The notes below the pieces were generated by a model. That model had not been told where the DNA came from and made no database searches. It saw nothing but the letters and a program-made list of their open reading frames with translations. DNA of 64,000 nucleotides from Bugula neritina (lineage: Eukaryota; Animalia; Bryozoa), in the NCBI GenBank assembly GCA_964035545.1, contig OZ037769.1, positions 5,933,929 to 5,997,928 of the forward strand. Reading direction: 5' to 3'. Below are positions 41,932 through 52,300 of the stretch, one piece after another. A program made the position numbers and the translations under genes. Positions within the stretch are counted from its first letter, which is position 1; every line of letters begins with the position of its first letter.

Positions 41932-44900
41932 ATGTCTTCTATACATAGTGGTAGCCGCATTTCTGAAACTAGGAAAAGTAGCAGAACTAGGGGTTTATCT
42001 GAAAAGGCTCAAGAAAATGAGCTGGTAAAAGGATTAAAGTCTGTAAATTCTTGTATCCGTAAATTTAACAAGCTGTTGAAAAGTCAATCAGTTAATAATC
42101 CAGAAAATATTTCTGAGATGCAAAGCGCAGTTTTAGAAGCTCAAACCGAGCTGCATGTTCTTGGCAATTTACCAACTAGCAGTAGTAGTGAAGATCTTAG
42201 TGAGGTAGCTAAGCAAGTAGAAACAATGGCTAAAGTTCTTGAATCTATGCAAAAAAGTATTGAAATTGATCAAGGGCAACACAGTGCCTCACCTCCTCTT
42301 GAAGTTCAAAGCCCTAAGCATTCAACTAAGGCTAGTAGCATTTCCGCTAAAAGTAATAGGTCAATTCGAGTGGTTAAGAATAAACTTGCAGCAGCAAATG
42401 TTGATATAGAGTTAGAAACTTTAAGAAAGCAAGCACAGTTGAAAGCACAAATAGATGCAATGCAATTAGAATTGCAAGCTAGCGAATTAGAAGCTAAAAA
42501 GCAAAGAATTATGGTTAGGCGTGACGTATTAGAAGAATATGATGTAGATGAGAGGGAGGAAATAGAAGACGCTCTTGATGTAATTTCTTTGCATGGCGAC
42601 CCAATCATTCCTCCTCTCGAAAGAGTAGCTGTAGGTGAAAATTTGAATGTTATAGCACCTAGTTTAAACAATGAGCATCCAGCAATAGGTAACGGGCAGT
42701 CTTTGAGCAGTAAAAATATCAGTGATATACATGTCCTTGCAGATTCTATAACTAAAGCTATGCATGTAAATCGTCTCCCCATACCTGAACCACCAGTTTT
42801 CTGTGGCAACCCTCTTGAGTATGCTGATTGGGAAATTTCCCTTAGAACTCTTATTGAGAGAACTAATATTCCTGAATCTGATAGAATTCATTATTTGAAA
42901 AAATATGTGGGAGGTAGTGCAAGGGAGGCAATTAGTGGATATTTCCTACTAAATTGTGATGATGCATATTGTAAGGCAAAGGAAATTTTACGTGAACGTT
43001 TTGGTTCTAGCTATACAGTAGCTGAATCCTTTAGAACAAAACTAAATAATTGGCCTAAGATCAAACCTCATGACAGAATTTCTATTCAGAAATATTCAGA
43101 TTTCTTGTGCCAATGTGAAGCTGCCATGCTTAGATTTGATGAGTTAAATATTCTCAATGATTCCCAGCAAAATAAATCCATGTATGAAAAACTTCCTGAC
43201 TGGATGTCAAGTAGGTGGAAAAGGAAGTTAACGCAATTTAGAAAGGCAAATGGTGCTTATCCAAAGTTTGGCTTGTTTGTAGAGTTTGTAAAAACTGAGT
43301 CTGATATTATTAATGACCCTGTGACAGCTAGTGTGGACCATGCTGATAGGATAGATGCTAAAAGACCAATAAGCAGCAGTTATAGTAAACCAGTGGCTAA
43401 CACACGTGTAACTTCTCTTACATCAAGCAAGCACTGTATATTTTGTGACATGAGTAACCACGAAATTGATGAATGCTTCAAGTTTGGCAAGTTGTCAGTA
43501 CATGAAAGAAAGCAGTATGCAAGTAGATATAGGCTTTGTTTTCAATGCCTTAAGGCAAATCACATCAAGGCTCAATGCAACAAAGTATGTATCTGCAAAA
43601 AATGCCAAGGCAAGCACCCCACTAGCATGCATTATGGTAGTACACGTGACAATGCAGGGAATATTGGAAGGTCTCCGTCTAATAGTGGAAGTTATACCCA
43701 AAATGATGGTCATTATAGTAGCAAAGTTACTAGCAAAAGCAGTGTAACCAATGATAAAGGAAATGTAGCATCAAACATAGATAGTGCTAGCAATGCAAAC
43801 AACTGTAGTACTGTAAGAGCTAATTCTGGCCTGAGTTCCATGGTAGTGCCAGTCTGGCTGTGTGATGCAAGTGCACCCAAAAAGGAAATCTTGGTATATG
43901 CTATGCTTGATACCATGTCTGACACTACCTTTATTACAACTCAAGCAGCAGATTGTTTAAATGCACCAGGTGAAGCAACCTCATTAAAACTTACAACTAT
44001 GAATGGCACTAAAAGCTCAAATGAATGCTGTAGGTACAGTGGTTTGATGGTTCGTGGGTATAACAATGCTGACAAAATAGCTATTCCTTGTGCATATTCA
44101 ACTAAAGTTATTCCCCTTGACAAGTCACATATTCCATCTGCCAAAGTAGCAAATGCATGGCCTCATTTGCAGCAAATAGCACATGAATTCCCAAGTCTTG
44201 AAAATGTACCAGTTTCTATGCTAATTGGTTATGATGTGTCTAAAGCACTTATGCCACAGCAGTTAATAGTAGGATCTCATGACACTGACCCATTTGCTGT
44301 TAGAACACCTCTAGGGTGGTGCATTGTGGGAAATACCAGCTACCCTGGCAGTAAGCAATTTAGCACGTGCTGTAGGACAGTAACCTTGACCAATGAGCAT
44401 GCATGCAAAAATGAACAGACAGCTGTAACCTTTGATTGTGCTACTGCAAACTCAAGCAAGCAAATATTGCCTCAAAATGTACTTGAATTGCTACTGCAAG
44501 ACTTCATGGAAAATCAAACTAGAGCATGCACAACTATGTCACAAGAAGATAAGCTATTTGTTTCCAAATTAGAAGCAGGTATTGAGCAAAATGAAGGGGG
44601 TTATATCACCATGCCTTTGCCATTTAAAACTGATGCCAAGCCCTACCTACCCAATAACCGCTTGATGGCTGAAAAGCGACTTGAGTCACTTAAGACTAAA
44701 CTTAGCAAGAATGAGCACTTGAAGCAGGATTATTTAAAATTCATGAATGACGTAATTGATGCTGGTGATGCTGAGCTAGTGCCAGAGTGTGAAAAATCTC
44801 AAAACAACAGTACATGGTACATACCACATTTTGGTGTCTATCACCCCAAAAAACCAGGGAAAATCCGAGTAGTTTTTGATTGTAGTGCTAAATATGCAAA

Positions 44901-47865
44901 CTTGTCTCTCAATGACCATCTTATTCAGGGCCCTGACCTAATGAATAGGCTGGTAGGTGTTCTACACAGATTTAGAAAAGGCCAAGTAGGGATTATGTGC
45001 GACATACAGAAAATGTTCCACATGTTCAAAGTTCACAAAAATGACAGAGACTACCTTCGGTTTTTATGGTACACTGATGCTAGTTTAACAAAAGTAGCAG
45101 AGTACAGAATGACTGTACATTTGTTTGGTGCGACATCTTCACCAGGATGCGCCACCTTTGGTTTACGTTACCTGGCAAATAAAAATCACGATGCAAACGA
45201 TGAACACAGTGTTAGAGCTAAAGATTTTATAATCAATGATTTCTATGTTGATGATGGATTATTGAGCTTAAATTCAGTAACAGACATGGCCAATGTAATT
45301 TCTCAAGCAGTGGATCTTTGCAAAACAGGAAATATTAGGTTGCATAAGTTTGTAAGCAACAGTACACAGCTCCTAGATACAATACCAAATTCAGAAAAAG
45401 CTGAAACAATTAAGGACTTGAATTTGAACACAGGCAACAGTGTTCTGCCCATGGAAAGAGCATTAGGCATTAAATGGTGCACGCAGTCTGACAATTTTAA
45501 ATTCTCAATGAATCTCAAACAAATCGAGCCAGCTACAAAGCGTAGAATTTTGTCAACAGTAGCATCTTTATTTGACCCTCTAGGCTTCTTATCTCCTTTC
45601 ATACTGTGTGGCAAAAAGATTTTGCAATCTATATGTAAAGATGGGACAACATGGGATGCCCCAGTAAATGAAGATGTTAGTGCTCAGTGGCTCTCCTGGA
45701 AACATGAATTTAACATGCTAGACAATGTAGCAATACCTAGATGCATATATCCTGCTAATTTTGATACAATTGTGAAAACTGAGCTGCATCACTTTTCAGA
45801 TGCTAGTGCAATAGGTTATGGTCAATGCTCCTATATCAGACTTGTAAACAACCATGGTGATGTTCATGTTGCTTTGCTTAGCGCTAAATCCAGAGTAATT
45901 CCATTGAATAAGTCAGTAACCATACCTCGGGCTGAACTACAAGCAGCTGTAATGTCTGCAAAATTGGCTGATTCTCTTAAAGCAGATCTTAAAATTGAAA
46001 ATATCACAGATGAAATATTTTGGACAGATTCAAAAGTTGTTCTAGGCTACATAACCAATGAGGTAAAGAGGTTTCATGTTTATGTTGCAAATAGAGTGCA
46101 ACAAATTAGAGATCTTAGTACACCTAACCAATGGCAGTACATTAACACACAATCTAACCCAGCTGATATAGCATCTAGGGGAATTTCATCTATTGCCAAG
46201 TTGCTAGATTCCTGTTGGTTCAATGGGCCTGGCTTTCTACACGAGCCAGATTTGACTCACATGCTAACCACTCGGAACAAATTTGATATTGCTAGTGATG
46301 ACCCAGAGGTCAAAGCCACCACACATGTTGTTGCAGTAAATGACCTCAGTAAATCATGGAATGAGAAATTCAAAGCTTTCTCTAGCCTCTCATCAGCTGT
46401 TAGAGCAATTAGTACACTACAAAAGATAGCTAGGGCTAAATGTAAACAAACCAAAACCACAGTTATGTCAGATGTGGCATCAACTGAAAAGGCAAAGATG
46501 CAAATTTTAAAATGGGCTCAAATGGAGTTCCTAGCTAATGAACGCAAGGAAATTAAGGCTGGAAAAGTTACCAAGAGTAACAAAATACTTAAACTTGACC
46601 CATTTACTGATAAAAATGATATGCTAAGAGTTGGGGGAAGACTAAAAAATTCAAGCCTTGCCTATGGTGAAAAGCACCCTATTATTTTGCCAAAAAAGTC
46701 TCACATCACTAAGTTAGTAGTTGACCACTGTCACAAACAAGTAATGCACCAAGGTCGAGGGATGACAATTGCTCAAATTCAAAATTCAGGCTATTGGATT
46801 TTAGGCTGTAATTCTTTGGTCTCCTCTCAAATAGCTAATTGTGTCACATGTAGGAAAACACGAAGTGCACCAGAGATTCAAAAAATGGCAGATTTACCAT
46901 CTAAACGAATAGAACCAACCCCTCCATTCACATATGTAGGCAGTGATTGTTTTGGCCCATTTGTTGTTAAGGATAACAGAAAAGAATTGAAAAAATATGG
47001 GGTTATATTCACATGCATGGCTTCTAGGGCTATTCACATTGAGTTAGTGGACGATTTATCTACTGATGCCTTTATAAATGCATTGCGCTGTTTCATAGCT
47101 ATTAGAGGGCCCATCAGACAATTACACACTGATAGGGGAACTAATTTTATAGGTGCTGCTAATGAGCTAGCAAGTGTTGCAAAAGAAGCAACTAGAAAAA
47201 TTGAAAGCTTTTCTGAAAGTAATAGCTTCGAGTGGGTTACAAACACTCCCCACTCAAGTCACATGGGTGGTGTCTGGGAGCGCCACATAAGAACAATCAG
47301 GTCTGTCTTAAACTCAATGCTAGCTATAAACAGCACAAGGCTAGATACTAGTACACTGCGGACTTTATTATATGAGGTAATGGCAATAGTTAACTGCAGG
47401 CCACTAATATCTCAAACAGATGAAAGTTACCCAATGCCACTAACTCCCAACCAACTATTAACTATGAAGTCCAAAGTAGTGTTGCCTCCTCCTGGTCAAT
47501 TTGATGAACAAGATGTATACTGTAGAAAACGTTGGAGAGTAGTTCAAGGGTTGGTAAATCAATTTTGGAAACGTTGGCGCACTCATTATTTGCAACAAAT
47601 TCAATCCAGGCCAAAATGGTTGAAAAGGGCTGCTAACATTGCTGTGGGAGATGTAGTACTTTTAGTTAGTGATGACAAAAACAGGCGAGATTGGCCATTA
47701 GGCAGAGTAGTGGAAGTATTTCCTAGTGATGACAACTTAGTTAGGAGAGTTAGACTTAGCATAGCTGATGCAGAAAAGTTAGACAGAAAGGGTAGAAGAA
47801 TAAAATCAGAAACACAGCTTGAGAGGCCAATTCAAAAACTAATCTTCTTGTTTAGGCCCTCCTAA
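41932..47865 (+). CDS. BEL/Pao Gag-Pol polyprotein (~1977 aa from first ATG)
   Basis: Uninterrupted ORF. Gag PEPPVFCGNPLEYADW, three Cys/His knuckles (CIFC..H..C, CFQC..H..C, CKKC..H..H), protease MLDTMS, RT YVDD, RNase H FSDAS / PRAELQAA / WTDS / NPADIASRG, integrase HHCC plus DCFGP / TDRGTNF / WERHI, C-terminal FWKRW. Domain order PR-RT-RH-IN. Confidence 0.97.
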   Translation: MSSIHSGSRISETRKSSRTRGLSEKAQENELVKGLKSVNSCIRKFNKLLKSQSVNNPENISEMQSAVLEAQTELHVLGNLPTSSSSEDLSEVAKQVETMAKVLESMQKSIEIDQGQHSASPPLEVQSPKHSTKASSISAKSNRSIRVVKNKLAAANVDIELETLRKQAQLKAQIDAMQLELQASELEAKKQRIMVRRDVLEEYDVDEREEIEDALDVISLHGDPIIPPLERVAVGENLNVIAPSLNNEHPAIGNGQSLSSKNISDIHVLADSITKAMHVNRLPIPEPPVFCGNPLEYADWEISLRTLIERTNIPESDRIHYLKKYVGGSAREAISGYFLLNCDDAYCKAKEILRERFGSSYTVAESFRTKLNNWPKIKPHDRISIQKYSDFLCQCEAAMLRFDELNILNDSQQNKSMYEKLPDWMSSRWKRKLTQFRKANGAYPKFGLFVEFVKTESDIINDPVTASVDHADRIDAKRPISSSYSKPVANTRVTSLTSSKHCIFCDMSNHEIDECFKFGKLSVHERKQYASRYRLCFQCLKANHIKAQCNKVCICKKCQGKHPTSMHYGSTRDNAGNIGRSPSNSGSYTQNDGHYSSKVTSKSSVTNDKGNVASNIDSASNANNCSTVRANSGLSSMVVPVWLCDASAPKKEILVYAMLDTMSDTTFITTQAADCLNAPGEATSLKLTTMNGTKSSNECCRYSGLMVRGYNNADKIAIPCAYSTKVIPLDKSHIPSAKVANAWPHLQQIAHEFPSLENVPVSMLIGYDVSKALMPQQLIVGSHDTDPFAVRTPLGWCIVGNTSYPGSKQFSTCCRTVTLTNEHACKNEQTAVTFDCATANSSKQILPQNVLELLLQDFMENQTRACTTMSQEDKLFVSKLEAGIEQNEGGYITMPLPFKTDAKPYLPNNRLMAEKRLESLKTKLSKNEHLKQDYLKFMNDVIDAGDAELVPECEKSQNNSTWYIPHFGVYHPKKPGKIRVVFDCSAKYANLSLNDHLIQGPDLMNRLVGVLHRFRKGQVGIMCDIQKMFHMFKVHKNDRDYLRFLWYTDASLTKVAEYRMTVHLFGATSSPGCATFGLRYLANKNHDANDEHSVRAKDFIINDFYVDDGLLSLNSVTDMANVISQAVDLCKTGNIRLHKFVSNSTQLLDTIPNSEKAETIKDLNLNTGNSVLPMERALGIKWCTQSDNFKFSMNLKQIEPATKRRILSTVASLFDPLGFLSPFILCGKKILQSICKDGTTWDAPVNEDVSAQWLSWKHEFNMLDNVAIPRCIYPANFDTIVKTELHHFSDASAIGYGQCSYIRLVNNHGDVHVALLSAKSRVIPLNKSVTIPRAELQAAVMSAKLADSLKADLKIENITDEIFWTDSKVVLGYITNEVKRFHVYVANRVQQIRDLSTPNQWQYINTQSNPADIASRGISSIAKLLDSCWFNGPGFLHEPDLTHMLTTRNKFDIASDDPEVKATTHVVAVNDLSKSWNEKFKAFSSLSSAVRAISTLQKIARAKCKQTKTTVMSDVASTEKAKMQILKWAQMEFLANERKEIKAGKVTKSNKILKLDPFTDKNDMLRVGGRLKNSSLAYGEKHPIILPKKSHITKLVVDHCHKQVMHQGRGMTIAQIQNSGYWILGCNSLVSSQIANCVTCRKTRSAPEIQKMADLPSKRIEPTPPFTYVGSDCFGPFVVKDNRKELKKYGVIFTCMASRAIHIELVDDLSTDAFINALRCFIAIRGPIRQLHTDRGTNFIGAANELASVAKEATRKIESFSESNSFEWVTNTPHSSHMGGVWERHIRTIRSVLNSMLAINSTRLDTSTLRTLLYEVMAIVNCRPLISQTDESYPMPLTPNQLLTMKSKVVLPPPGQFDEQDVYCRKRWRVVQGLVNQFWKRWRTHYLQQIQSRPKWLKRAANIAVGDVVLLVSDDKNRRDWPLGRVVEVFPSDDNLVRRVRLSIADAEKLDRKGRRIKSETQLERPIQKLIFLFRPS

Positions 47866-47949
47866 ATTTGATACGTGCCCTAAATGAATTAGAACCTACT
47901 GAAAGTTAATTTTTTTGAATCAGTTTAGTTAATTTCCCTGAGTGAAATT

Positions 47950-47960
47950 AAAGGGGGGAG
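47950..47960 (+). other. Polypurine tract (second copy at 40677-40687)
   Basis: AAAGGGGGGAG abutting the TG of the LTR. Confidence 0.9.
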
Positions 47961-48660
47961 TGTAAAGGATCTAACAAAGAAGCATGATAGCCCTTGTTAC
48001 AAATACCACTAGAACTTTTATTTTTAGCCTTTAATGGTGATATTTGTTATTATTAGATAGTTCATTCTCCTGTGCAGCAGTCAGCTGCCTAATAATAGGT
48101 AAAGCCTAACCGCCACCTTTGTTGAAGTCAGCTTTTAGGGTTTGACAGGAACTGATCCATCTTCCTTTATGAGGTCATTACATGTGCCCCATAGTTAGCT
48201 GACCATAATTATAGCTAAATTTAGATGTAATTACCTTTTCTTTGTGATTGCCCTGGTATTTAAGGCAGCATTGAAACTCCAAAAAGACAGTCACTCATGT
48301 AGCCTAAGCTGAGCTACTTATTTTGTTAAGTTAAGTGACAAAGAGCTAAATTTTGAAGATATTATAGCAAGCTCGTCAAGAGAATAAAGGTATTTTATTA
48401 TTATTCTTTGCTATTTTTAACTTGATAATGCTTTATGTCTTTTGTTACAATTTTTATTGCTGTTATATTTTAATATTATATCGTGATGTTTGCTGGTATT
48501 TGAACAACTGTATTGTATGAGTTTTAGCACACCTATATGTATTCTTTATGTTACTTGTAGTTTTTACGATTTAGAAGAAAATTAATAAAAGTGAGAGATT
48601 TGTTAAAACTTCTTCTCAGTCCGTACCAAAACCATTTTTGTGGCGAGACCTTGCTCAACA
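47961..48660 (+). repeat. 3' LTR (700 bp)
   Basis: Directly follows the PPT AAAGGGGGGAG and is followed by the TSD. Confidence 0.95.
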
Positions 48661-49122
48661 CTTGCTAAGGCATCATCGAAAGATAAAATCAATTACAAAA
48701 TATCAATTACCTTAAAACATGTACAAGGATCATTTTCATTGAAAAATTTATTTTTATGTTGTCATGAGTGTTGTCATAACAAATTTTTCATTTGAACGAA
48801 TCAAAAGTTGAAAAAGTTAGGGTGTTGGAGATTAGCGATCTATAGTACACCTTTGTGCAGCCAAAAATAAAAGCTATTAACATGTTATTACAATTAGATG
48901 TGTAACTCACTAAGGCCAGCTATAGCAAAACATCAACACTGCAACTATGTAAACTACAGTTGCTATAAAATGCTGTACATGTTAATGACACTAGTAAAAT
49001 TCATCACGTACTTGAAACTATACAACTGTCAATTGCTATGTCTTTTGATAAGTTTCAGTGCCAAAAATTATATATTCTAGAAGTTTCCTGGCAAGTACAA
49101 AATGATTAAACAAGTTAAACAA

Positions 49123-49324
49123 ACTGGTACAGAAGCTGGTGGTCATATGGGTACTTCTGTAGCTGTGACCAGATCTGGTACAGAAGCTGGTGGTCATATG
49201 GGTACTTCTGTAGCTGTGACCAGGACTGGTACAGAAGCTGGTGGTCATATGGGTACTTCTGTAGCCATGACCAGGACTGGTACAGAAGCTGGTGGTCATA
49301 TGGGTACTCCTGTAGCCGTGACCA
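49123..49324. repeat. 51-bp minisatellite, 4 copies
   Basis: Unit CTGGTACAGAAGCTGGTGGTCATATGGGTACTTCTGTAGCTGTGACCAG(AT/GA). Confidence 0.92.
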
Positions 49325-52300
49325 AAGACTGAGAGAACAAAGATCAATGGTGCTAATACATCCACCGACTGTACTATTTATATAGGGGAGATGACAATCT
49401 TGTATATAAATATCTGCACTTACCATTTACACGAATTTTTCATGTGAAAGAGTGCCTAAGTATATTTTATATACTGCATATAGGAGTTCTTTTTGTTAAG
49501 GTTAATGGTTGTATAAACAAAGAATATCAGAGGCAGCAATGGTCTAGTGCTGTCTAGTGCTCTACGTAGTATGACCAACATAAACATAGATATAGGTAGC
49601 CCATCTCAGTAGCTCAGTATTGTGATGACAACAAGAGTATTGCATCATTATTGCTCTACTTTCAGTCATTAAACTAGGATAGTAGTATGGTAGCAGTAGC
49701 AATCTCTCTTTACCATCAAAGCTTTTGCTCGCAGGGTTTCGACTTCAAAGAAATGTAAGTTTAGATTACAGCATTCTATTGCACTACAGTGTAAATGATT
49801 TTTCTATACTACAGATGTTATGCAACAAGGGTTGTGTTGAAAGTGGGTTGTGTTTATAAAGTGTCACATGCTTTACATTAAATTCAATTATTACATATAT
49901 GCTTGGAGACAATATCAGCTCATTATAAAACTTATCAAAGAGATGTCAAAGCAATAACATCTGCCTTAAATTATATAGCAGGAGTTATGCAAGAGCAATA
50001 GGTAATAATAATATCATATTGCCTGTATCCATATTGTATATCTGTACCTCAAAGCTAGCTGTTGTTGAAGCATGAAGTACAGCAGGGTTGACGTATTAAT
50101 GTATGTATAGTACACCATTTAGGAAACATCCATAATTCAAATCAGTTATCTGTGAAACATCATATCTGGCATTATTATGATGCCAAACCTTCTACAAATA
50201 TGGAAAACTTTTTTACAGAAATATATCTTCTTAAGTGCAGAGTGCACATATTATGCAAATCTGATTAGCGACTATAAACAGCACATAATATAAATAAAAT
50301 GTGTTTCTAATTTTATTTTAAAAACATCCAGGGAGGGAAGTTTTTAATTGTTATATAAACTAGAATACTATCCCTATCTAGTTACAATAATATACTGGAA
50401 TAGTTTATACTAGCCTTGGCTCTATCATGTATGTGCTTGTAGCTTTTAAAAGTTGATATAAACTGCAGATATTGTAAGACAGTTTGCAGCTACACACACC
50501 TTCTAGCATTACACTGTTTCAACTTGAAATGTTTGAATCACTTTTTGGGCAGATTGAGGCCAAACACAAACAAAGCTAAACAATACGCTCCAACCTTTAA
50601 ACATATATTCAGCAATTAAAAACTCAGGCTAATAAAGACCAACCGTATTAGCATATTTTGTATAAACAGCCTAAAGAATTTGGCAATCAGCCCGTAGCTG
50701 ACAGATTTGACCATAACCATCAAATTAACTAATTAACATATAAAAGGCAACACAATAACAAATTCTGGTAAGGCTCTTTACTTTGAACTGAAACTGTAAC
50801 CTAAACTGCCTTAAGTAATTTTTCTTATGTATTTGAAGGTACAACCTTTACTCAGCTTAATGCATTTGTAATATATTAAAAGCATTGGCTGCAGTAAATA
50901 ATTCTACTAATTTTTTGGTTACATATATTATTATTTATTACTAATATTTCAGTATTGATTTCTGAGTAAATAAAATATGAAAGTTTTTGATAATTTATTA
51001 TTTGGATGGCATGAGACTTCACCAAGCCATTAATAGCAAATAACAATAACAACTAAAATGCTTCAAGTACAACTCCCTTTTCCTTTAATTAATTTCGTAC
51101 ATCAAATTCTGAATAATCATCTTCAATCAAAACAAAACAACTGCAAAATATTTACATAATTTGGTAGCACCAGGTTCCAGTATTTACCATAAACCTAGCC
51201 ATCGGCAAATCTCTGTGGGCGCTGAAACAGTAAGCATCTGTCCGCTGAAACTTATACATTGCCCCTAATAGCTGAAGTTTCACTTTCAGCTCGCCTTGCA
51301 GCGCATCACGAAACCCAACAGTAAACTTTAAGCCATGCCAGCACAAACACCAGTTGGCAAGAACTATTTCACTCTGTCCACACAATATTCAACACTAGGA
51401 GTGGCAGTCAAATATCTGTTACTGAATTCCTCTACCATCTGCACGTCAATTGTAAGTCAACATTGTATCAGGAGGTGTTGGCTAACAAATATTTCAGCGA
51501 GCAATTTGAATAGTATTTTTACCTTATTGTTGATTAAAGTAAGTTATTTACATAAAATAAAGTATTAGCAATGCCTGGCTACCGTATCTCATGATTAAGA
51601 TCATTAATTATTTTAATAATATGTAAAAATCATTTGATTGGCAAACAATTCTATTATATATATTGGGCAATGTTCTGGTAAATTCATGTGTTTTACATGT
51701 ATATGCATAATTTTTATATTGAAATGCATAATATTATAGCAATATTTTTATACAAAATATGACAGCTTATCACTATTAACAGTGTGAATGTTAGAGCTTA
51801 CTGATCTTGCAAGCTGCGTTCATGAAAAGCAAAGCCTTGCAAACTCTCTTGTAATTTCATGTTTTGCCTGTGTGCAATGTTTGAAGATGGCCGCCATTGA
51901 GCTAACATCCCTTCCTTCTTTAAATAATAACCTGAATCTAAAATTAGAATAGGAAATAGTGATGTAGCATATCTATCATCTATCAATAGAATATGTAAAC
52001 CTGAGCGTGCAAAGATAAGTTTGCTTTAGGAATTACATACTATCCCCCCCCCTCTCATACCCAATGGTTTACTTACTTTGATATTACACTTGATTGAATG
52101 GAGTTATGCTAGAGTACAGAGTTGCTGCTACTGTTATGCTAAGACTAATATACAAGTTTGAATACAAAGAACGGTTAGAAAGTGACTGAGTATACCCAAG
52201 TTAGGATATTATATAATCTATGGTGCAGAGCATAGCACAGGTTTGCAGTCCGGTATAGGGCATAGGCTTTCCTGAAAGTTTCCTTTGATTGGATTGTATG

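Larger units (their letters stand above)
40556..48660 (+). mobile_element. Full-length BEL/Pao LTR retrotransposon with an aberrant 132-bp extension at its left end
   Basis: 5-bp TSD CTTGC at 40551-40555 and 48661-48665. TG...CA termini, two 700-bp LTRs, one gag-pol ORF and a PPT before the 3' LTR. Confidence 0.96.

Noticed and set aside
42306-47246. Short antisense and alternate-frame ORFs within gag-pol
   Set aside because: Shadow ORFs of a long coding frame with no recognisable motifs.
40556-48660. Interpretation as a TIR DNA transposon or DIRS-like element because of the 93-bp terminal inverted repeats
   Set aside because: It encodes BEL/Pao RT-RH-DDE integrase with direct LTRs, PPT and 5-bp TSD, and no transposase or tyrosine recombinase. 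The inverted repeat is LTR-derived.
49123-49324. CRISPR-like array
   Set aside because: Eukaryotic context and head-to-tail units without unique spacers.
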